64,000 bases of DNA from an uncultured delta proteobacterium. GTDB taxonomy: Bacteria > Myxococcota_A > UBA9160 > SMWR01. The translations under genes and the position numbers were made by a program. The DNA is taken from NCBI GenBank assembly GCA_963832165.1, contig CAWHTE010000011.1, positions 888,763 to 952,762 on the forward strand, read 5' to 3'. Each line of letters starts with the position of its first letter. Position 1 is the first letter of the stretch. The notes beneath the pieces were generated by a model, which was given only the letters and a program-made list of their open reading frames with translations, was not told the DNA's origin and did no database searches. Of the stretch, positions 58,047 to 64,000 are shown piece by piece.

Positions 58047-58085
58047 GCAAGCCTCGCGCAGCGAGCCGCAGGCGAGCCAAGACCA
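58047..58085. repeat. Repeat family B copy 3 (reverse orientation, degenerate)
   Basis: GCAAGCCTCGCGCAGCGAGCCGCAGGCGAGCCAAGACCA matches 35/39 of the reverse complement of copies 1 and 2. Confidence 0.8.
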
Positions 58086-58106
58086 TCAGAGTGGGAGGCT
58101 CGCACA

Positions 58107-59183
58107 ATGAAGGCCGCCGTTCTCTGGGAGCTGAACAAGGACCTCGAGGTCCGCAACGACGTCGGCCTCGCCGATCTCGGGCCCGGCGAGGTGCACCTCA
58201 AGGTGGTGTCGAGCGGCGTGTGCCACTCCGACGTCTCGGCGCAGAACGGCACGATCCCGTCCGGAACGCCGTGCGTGCTCGGCCACGAGGGCGCCGGCAT
58301 CGTGCTCGAGGTCGGCGCCGGCGTCAGCGATCTCAAGGCCGGCGATCACGCGATCGTCTCGTTCACGCCCGCGTGCCGACTGTGCAAGGCGTGTCTGCGC
58401 GGCCAGGCGAACCTGTGCGAGACGATGTTCGCGATGGCGGTGTCGAAGAAGTTCGTGATCGACGGCAAGCCGGTCGGAGGCATGACCGGCTGCGGGACGT
58501 TCGCCGAGGAGATGATCCTGCCGCAGTCCGCGGTGATCAAAGTCGATCAGGACATCCCGCTGAACGTCGTCTCGCTGATCGGCTGCGGCGTGACGACGGG
58601 TGTCGGCGCGGCGATCAACACCGCGAAGGTCACGCCGGGCAGCTCGGTGCTCGTGATCGGCTGCGGCGGCGTCGGCATCTCGGCGATCCAGGGTGCGCGC
58701 ATCGCTGGAGCCGCCGAGATCGTGGCCGTCGACACATTGCCGCGCAAGCTCGAGATGGCGAAGCGGTTCGGCGCCACACACGGCGTGACACCCGACGAGC
58801 TCGAGGGCGCGAAGCTCGAGGTGACGGGCGGCGAGGGCTTCGACTTCGCGCTCGAGTGCGTGGGCAACCCGAAGACGATCCGCGCCGCGTTCGACGCGGT
58901 GCGTCGCGGTGGCACCGCGGTGGTGGTGGGCGTCGGGCGCATGGAGCAGAAGATCGAGTTCACCGCGTTCGAGCTGTTCTATCTCGAAAAGACGTTGAAG
59001 GGCTCGATGTACGGCAGCGCGAACGTGCGCGTCGACTTCCCGAAACTGCTGCGGCTCTGGAAGCGCGGCAAGCTCGATCTCGAAGGCATGATCAGCCGGC
59101 GCATCGGCATCGAAGACGTCAACGACGCGTTCCGCGCGATGCAGGCGGGCGAGGTGATCCGCTCGGTGATCGACTTCGCGTAG
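58107..59183 (+). CDS. Zn-dependent alcohol dehydrogenase
   Basis: GVCHSD, GHEGAG, CxxCxxCx7C, IGCGVTTG.GA, GCGGVG; SD GGGAGG. Confidence 0.93.
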   Translation: MKAAVLWELNKDLEVRNDVGLADLGPGEVHLKVVSSGVCHSDVSAQNGTIPSGTPCVLGHEGAGIVLEVGAGVSDLKAGDHAIVSFTPACRLCKACLRGQANLCETMFAMAVSKKFVIDGKPVGGMTGCGTFAEEMILPQSAVIKVDQDIPLNVVSLIGCGVTTGVGAAINTAKVTPGSSVLVIGCGGVGISAIQGARIAGAAEIVAVDTLPRKLEMAKRFGATHGVTPDELEGAKLEVTGGEGFDFALECVGNPKTIRAAFDAVRRGGTAVVVGVGRMEQKIEFTAFELFYLEKTLKGSMYGSANVRVDFPKLLRLWKRGKLDLEGMISRRIGIEDVNDAFRAMQAGEVIRSVIDFA

Positions 59184-59201
59184 GGTGGGCGAGAGCCCAC
59201 C
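59180..59201 (+). repeat. GTAG-type REP of a second sequence type
   Basis: GTAG-GGTGGGC-GAGA-GCCCACC perfect 7-bp hairpin; its TAG is the ADH stop. Single copy in the window. Confidence 0.6.
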
Positions 59202-59220
59202 CGCGCGCGATCCTTCCCTC

Positions 59221-59652
59221 GTGCCGAACATCCGCTGGCTGATCGCGCTCATGACCACGCTGCACCGCTTCGTCTACATGAAGAGCGGCGGGCGGATCGG
59301 TGGGCGCCTGCCGGGCCAGCAGTTCCTGCTGCTCAAGACGGTCGGACGGCGCACGGGTCGCGAGCGAGTGATGCCGCTGCTCTACGTTCGCGACGGCAAT
59401 CGCTTCGTCGTGGTGGGCAGCAACGGCGGCGACGATCGCCCGCCCGCGTGGTGGCTCAACCTCAAGGCGTGGCCCGCGGCGCACGTGCAGGTCGACCGCG
59501 AGCATTACCGCGTGCAGGCGCGCCAGGCGCGCGGCGCGGAGCTGGACGATCTCTGGCCGCGCCTCGACGCCTCGTATGGCTATTATGCGAACTATCGCCG
59601 CCGCACCTCGCGCGAGATTCCGGTGGTAGTTCTGGAGCCCAGGGCGGACTGA
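59221..59652 (+). CDS. Deazaflavin (F420)-dependent nitroreductase (DDN) family
   Basis: LLL.T.GRRTG..R..PL.Y, SNGG....P.W..NL.A.P, Y..Y...T.REIPVVVLEP. Start 59185 or 59221. Confidence 0.88.
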   Translation: MPNIRWLIALMTTLHRFVYMKSGGRIGGRLPGQQFLLLKTVGRRTGRERVMPLLYVRDGNRFVVVGSNGGDDRPPAWWLNLKAWPAAHVQVDREHYRVQARQARGAELDDLWPRLDASYGYYANYRRRTSREIPVVVLEPRAD

Positions 59653-61125
59653 TTGCCGCAGGTCGATCTCGCACGCGTCGTCGATCTGGCCACCGCGCTC
59701 GACGCCGACGCGCGTGTCGACCCGGAGGAGCTGCGCGGGCGCGACCGCTCGATCGGCCGCGATCTCGCCGCGCGCGCGGACGACGCCACCGCGCGCGTCT
59801 CGGCCTGGCTCGACGCGCGCCGCGAGCCCGGTCCCTCGGCGGGCGACCGCGCGCGCGCCGCGCAGCGGGTGCTGCGCGTGTTGCTCGCGGCCGCAGGTGC
59901 GGTGCTCGGCATCGCGACCGCGTTCGCGGTGTTCGCGTACGACGGCTCGCGCCCCGTGAACGTGATGCACGTGATCGCGGTCTTCGTGGCCCTGCAATTC
60001 GCATTGCTCGCGGGCACGATCGCACTCGCTCTGCCCGATGCGTGGCGCCGCCGGGTGCCCGGCCTCGCCGCACTGCAGGACGTGCTGCGCATCGCTAGCC
60101 CGGGGCGCTGGCAGCGCGGGCTCCGGCGCGTGCTGCTGCCCGCGCAGCGCGAAGCGTTCGACCGCGCCATCGCGCTCGCGCGCAGGCACGGGCGGCTCTA
60201 CGGCGATGCCCAGAAGTGGGCGCTGCTCGTGGGCTCGCAGGGGTTCGCGGTGTCGTTCCACGCCGCCGCGCTCGTCATCGCCGCGCTGCTCGTGGTGTTC
60301 AGCGACCTCGCGTTCGGCTGGTCGACCACGCTCACGAGCAAAGCCGAGACACTGCACCGCATCGCGCTCTGGCTCGCGGTGCCGTGGTCGCGCTGGCTGC
60401 CCGATGCGGTGCCGAGCCTCGCGCTCGTGGATCAGACCCAGTATTTCCGCGGTGCGGGCGGCTTCACGGGCGCGGCGCCGAAGTCCGCCGCGTGGTGGCC
60501 GTTCCTGCTCCTTTGCATGGCGTGCTATGGGCTCGCGCCGCGCGTCGCGCTGCTCGCGTTCGCGAGCTGGCGGCAGCGCGCGGCGCTGCGGCGCGTGTTC
60601 GCGTCGATGCCCGGCGCCGCGGACCTGCGCGACCGGCTCGACTCGCGCTGGGTCGCCACCGGAGCGGTCGGTGCGGAGCCAGCGCCGCAGGCACCGCTGC
60701 CGCGCGCGCAGGCGCGTTTACCGCGTCCCGCGCGCGTGCGCGCGGTGCGCTGGTCGGGTCTGTCGATCGCGGATGGCGAGCTCGCCGAGCTCGTGAGCTC
60801 GGCACTCGGCAGCGAGGTCGCGGACGCGGTCGACGGCGGCGCGGGCAGCGGCCGCAGCGATGCCGCGCTGTGTGCCGAGCTCGCGGCGGCGGGGGCGCCG
60901 CCCGTGCTGCTCGTGAAGGCGTGGGAGCCGCCGCTCGCGGAATTCATCGACTGGCTCGGTGAGTTGCGCGAAGCGCTCGGCACGGGCGTGCCGATCTTCG
61001 TGGCCCCGCTCGTCGAAGGCACGGGCGCGCTTGCGGCGGGAAGCGACGCGCGGATCTGGAGCCGCGGCCTCGACGCCACGGGCGATCCGTGGCTGTTCGT
61101 CCTGACGGCGGAGCACACGGGATGA
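59653..61125 (+). CDS. DUF2868-like membrane protein
   Basis: YDGS.PVNV, F.WSTTL, PW.W...A.PS, WWPFL......YGL.PR, WEPP. Confidence 0.72.
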   Translation: MPQVDLARVVDLATALDADARVDPEELRGRDRSIGRDLAARADDATARVSAWLDARREPGPSAGDRARAAQRVLRVLLAAAGAVLGIATAFAVFAYDGSRPVNVMHVIAVFVALQFALLAGTIALALPDAWRRRVPGLAALQDVLRIASPGRWQRGLRRVLLPAQREAFDRAIALARRHGRLYGDAQKWALLVGSQGFAVSFHAAALVIAALLVVFSDLAFGWSTTLTSKAETLHRIALWLAVPWSRWLPDAVPSLALVDQTQYFRGAGGFTGAAPKSAAWWPFLLLCMACYGLAPRVALLAFASWRQRAALRRVFASMPGAADLRDRLDSRWVATGAVGAEPAPQAPLPRAQARLPRPARVRAVRWSGLSIADGELAELVSSALGSEVADAVDGGAGSGRSDAALCAELAAAGAPPVLLVKAWEPPLAEFIDWLGELREALGTGVPIFVAPLVEGTGALAAGSDARIWSRGLDATGDPWLFVLTAEHTG

Positions 61126-62516
61126 GCGGCGTGCCCACGTTCGCAGTCGTCGGCCACCCCAACAAGGGCAAGTCGAGCATCGTCTCGACGCTCGCGCAGG
61201 ACGATTCGGTGCGGATCGCACCCGAGCCCGGGACCACCACCGAGTGCCGCGCCTACCCGATGCGTGTGGACGGCGAAGTGCTGTACGTGCTCGTCGACAC
61301 GCCCGGGTTCCAGCGCGCGCGCCGCGCGCTCGAATGGATGCGCGCGCGAGAGACCCATGCGGGCGCGCACCGCGCGGTCGTGGAGGCGTTCGTGGCCGCG
61401 CACCGCGGAACCGGTGAGTACCCCGACGAATGCGAGCTGCTGACTCCCGTGCTCGCGGGTGCGGGCATCCTCTACGTCGCCGATGGCGCGCGGCCTTACG
61501 GCCCCGACTACGAAGCCGAGATGGAGATCCTGCGCTGGACCGGGCAGCCGAGCATGGCACTGATCAATCCGATCGGCGGAGGCGCGCACGTAGACGCGTG
61601 GCGCGCAGCGCTCCAGCAGTACTTCAAGATCGTGCGCGTGTTCGACGCGCACGCGGCCTCGTTCGAGGCGCGCCTCGATCTGCTGCGCGGCTTCGGCCAG
61701 CTCGTGGAGGAATGGCGCGCACCGCTCGACGCCGCGGTCGGCGCAATCGCGGAGGAGCGCGGCCGCGTGCACGCGCGCGTCGCGCGCGCGATGGCCGAGC
61801 TGATCGCGGAAGAGGTTGCCTTCGTCGCGTCGCGCCGGGTCCCGATCGGCGCGGATTCGGTGGACTTCCGCGAGTCGCTCGAGCGCGAGTGGAAGGATGC
61901 GCTGCGCGCGCGCGAGCGCACGGCGCGGCGCGCGGTCGAGCAGATCTATGGTCACCGCGCGATCGAGCGCGAGGAGCGCCCGGTCGAGGTGCTCGAGCAG
62001 GTCGACCTGTTCTCGATCGACCACTGGTTCTTCTGGGGCTTGAATCGCCGCCAGCTCGTCGCGTCGGGCGCCGCGGGTGGTGCGGCCGTGGGCGGAGTGA
62101 TCGACGCGGCCGCGCACGGCGCCTCGCTGCTCGCGGGTGTGGTGATCGGCGCCGCGGTCGGCGGCGCGGGCGCGTGGTGGTCGAGCGGTCGACTCGCGAA
62201 GATCCGCGTGTTCACGCTGCCGCTGGGCGGTCAGGTCCTGCGCTGCGGACCCGCCGCGAGCCCGAACTTCCCCTACGTGTTGCTCGGGCGCGCGCTCTAT
62301 CACCACGCGCTCGTCGCGGGGCGCGCGCACGCGGTGCGCAGCGCGCTCTCGCTCGCGGACGCACCGGCCGCGAACTGGATCGAGCGGCTCGTACCCGATC
62401 AGCGCCGTGCGCTCGACCGCATCTTCCGCGCGCTGCGGCGCGACGGCGCGCAGGCGACCGCCGAGCTCGCCGACTGCCTCGCGCCGATCGTCGCGCAGGG
62501 CGACGCGCCGGGCTGA
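61122..62516 (+). CDS. GTPase / DUF3482 domain protein
   Basis: VVGHPNKGKSS (G1), PGTT (G2), DTPG (G3), C-terminal Gly/Ala-rich membrane hairpin; ATGA overlap with the DUF2868-like gene. Confidence 0.8.
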   Translation: MSGVPTFAVVGHPNKGKSSIVSTLAQDDSVRIAPEPGTTTECRAYPMRVDGEVLYVLVDTPGFQRARRALEWMRARETHAGAHRAVVEAFVAAHRGTGEYPDECELLTPVLAGAGILYVADGARPYGPDYEAEMEILRWTGQPSMALINPIGGGAHVDAWRAALQQYFKIVRVFDAHAASFEARLDLLRGFGQLVEEWRAPLDAAVGAIAEERGRVHARVARAMAELIAEEVAFVASRRVPIGADSVDFRESLEREWKDALRARERTARRAVEQIYGHRAIEREERPVEVLEQVDLFSIDHWFFWGLNRRQLVASGAAGGAAVGGVIDAAAHGASLLAGVVIGAAVGGAGAWWSSGRLAKIRVFTLPLGGQVLRCGPAASPNFPYVLLGRALYHHALVAGRAHAVRSALSLADAPAANWIERLVPDQRRALDRIFRALRRDGAQATAELADCLAPIVAQGDAPG

Positions 62517-62542
62517 CGGTCTCGCGCGACCTGCACTGAACG

Positions 62543-63450
62543 CTAGTTCACGTAGCCGAGCTGCCGCAGGTAGCGCTCGTGGCGGCGCATCTCCTCTTCG
62601 TCGTTGCCCCGCGCGCGCACGTCGCGACTCGCCGCCGGCCCGAATGAGGCGACGCGGGCCACCTGGCGGTCGAGCGGACCGCCCGGCTCGACGATCGCGA
62701 GCACCTCGCCGTCCATGTCGTCGGCGACGGCGAGACCGAGCGCGTGGAGCAGCGTGGGGGTCACGTCGGAGACGTCGGCGCCCGTGAACACGCCGGGCCG
62801 GATGCCGGGCCCGCGCAGGATCAGTACCCCCGGCGGCGCGTTGTCGTGCTCGTAGCCGCGGTAGCCGAAGCCGTGGTCCGAGACGATCGCGATCGTCGCG
62901 TCCGGGGACACGCGGGAGAGCACGTCCCCCAGGAAACCGTCGAGCATCCGGTTGGTCCGCGTCACGGTCGCACCGGGCCGGTAGTCCCGATGCGTGAAGC
63001 CCGGAAAGAACAGGTCATCGGCGATCATGTCGGCCTTCCAATGCAGGTGGTTCGCTGCGTCGCCGATGTGTGTATAGAACATCAACAGCTGCGGCTGGTG
63101 TCGCACCGCGAGCTGTGCGAAGCGGTCGTAGAGCGCCTGCTCGTAGACGAAGTATTCGTCGAGAAGGTCGTGGTTCGGATCGTCGTTCTCCGGCGTGCGG
63201 ACTGCGGGCAGATCGGCCGCCAGGTCCTCCGGGTAGTTCGACGGCTCGGCCGACCCTGCGCCGTGGAGGAATCCGCGCATCGGCACCGCCGGCGTGGTAT
63301 TGAGCCAGTTGAACACGCCCACCGACACGCCGCTGCGCGAGGCGATCTCCCACAGGCGCGCGACGCGCGCGTCGGTGGATTCCGGCGGCAACCCGCGCCA
63401 GGGCGCGATCGGGAGCGGGTACACGAGCAGCCGGCGGAGCCCCATCGGCG
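62543..63450 (-). pseudogene. C-terminal fragment of an alkaline phosphatase/phosphodiesterase superfamily gene
   Basis: LWEI.S..G..VGV.NW..T.P, D..NH..W, IVSDHGF, DVTPT.L..LGL.V..DMDG, L..LGY are present; the N-terminal DG metal motif and nucleophile region are absent. Confidence 0.6.
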
Positions 63451-63658
63451 TGTTGCCACACCCGCCGCCAGGGCGATGAGCGCGGCGGAAGCCCTCATCC
63501 ATGGGCAAACACTCATCAGCGCGATGAACGATCAATCACTATATACCTGCCGATCCCGGCAGTAGCCACGCTCGCCTTCCCGAGCCGCGTTCACGTGAAC
63601 GCCACGAACTGGGTCGTGCTTGCGGCTCGCCCGGTTACATCGGCGGTAGGAACGGTCG

Positions 63659-64000
63659 TTACTCAGCAGCGTTCGGGAGATCCGAGATCAGCCACTCCTG
63701 GAGCAGCTCGGCGTACTCGGCCTTCAGGCACTTGAACAGGATCTTCCGCTCCGCCGTGGTGAGTCCGCCCGAATCCGCCACGCCCGGAGGCATCGGGGCC
63801 TCCGCATTCTCGACCACCTTGTGGAAGATCGTGATCCGGCTCGTGCCGGCGCGCAGGATTCCGCGCATGGACCCGTCGTGGCACTGCTCGCAGTCCATCC
63901 GGTCCACGATCTCCTTGCGCCGCGACTCCGAAAGGCCTGCGGCGCAACCCTTCTCCGCGAGCTCGGCTCGGCCCGACCGACTCGACGGTCCGAACAGCGG
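63659..64000 (-). CDS. c-type cytochrome domain protein, C-terminal part (runs off the window)
   Basis: CEQCH heme motif followed by MPP (distal Met candidate) and LT..ER..L; frame open to the window end. Confidence 0.6.
   Translation of the reverse strand, partial: PLFGPSSRSGRAELAEKGCAAGLSESRRKEIVDRMDCEQCHDGSMRGILRAGTSRITIFHKVVENAEAPMPPGVADSGGLTTAERKILFKCLKAEYAELLQEWLISDLPNAAE

Noticed and set aside
10700..58085. Repeats as a CRISPR array
   Set aside because: Copies are dispersed kilobases apart with no spacer periodicity and no cas genes.
1..64000. tRNA, rRNA, prophage or integron features
   Set aside because: None recognisable by eye; a tRNAscan-SE/Infernal run would be needed to exclude small RNAs.

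Overview
Very GC-rich, gene-dense bacterial chromosomal window, probably from a Myxococcota/deltaproteobacterial-type organism (inferred from the PilR + minor-pilin + PilY1 layout and the MinD-HTH fusion; not verified). It opens with the 3' end of a sigma-54 activator (PilR-like), a clear sigma-54 promoter and a type IV minor-pilin operon (FimU/PilV/PilW/PilX/PilY1 plus an Ig-like lipoprotein). The remainder is mostly lipid/CoA/redox metabolism (four LLM-class oxidoreductases, a DDN nitroreductase, P450, acyl-CoA synthetase, SDR, ADH), housekeeping genes (map, pepN, psd, carbonic anhydrase-SulP), a ferritin-like/HpnO-like/HpnA-like trio and several tandem paralog pairs. The most unusual signal is a stand-alone HUH/Y1 transposase (RAYT-like, 29117-29794) flanked by GTAG-type REP hairpins. 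Copies of these hairpins recur across the window, supply the TAG stop codons of five neighbouring genes and contain GCC-GNA-GGC mini-hairpins. A second 49-bp repeat family shares the same core, and one copy is read in-frame in a protein C-terminus. Many genes also have a TANNNT/CANNNT box 6-8 nt before the start codon with no Shine-Dalgarno, suggesting leaderless mRNAs. About eight genes carry apparent frameshifts, most likely sequencing/consensus errors. No rRNA, tRNA or CRISPR array was seen. All functional calls come from motif recognition by eye; no database searches were run.
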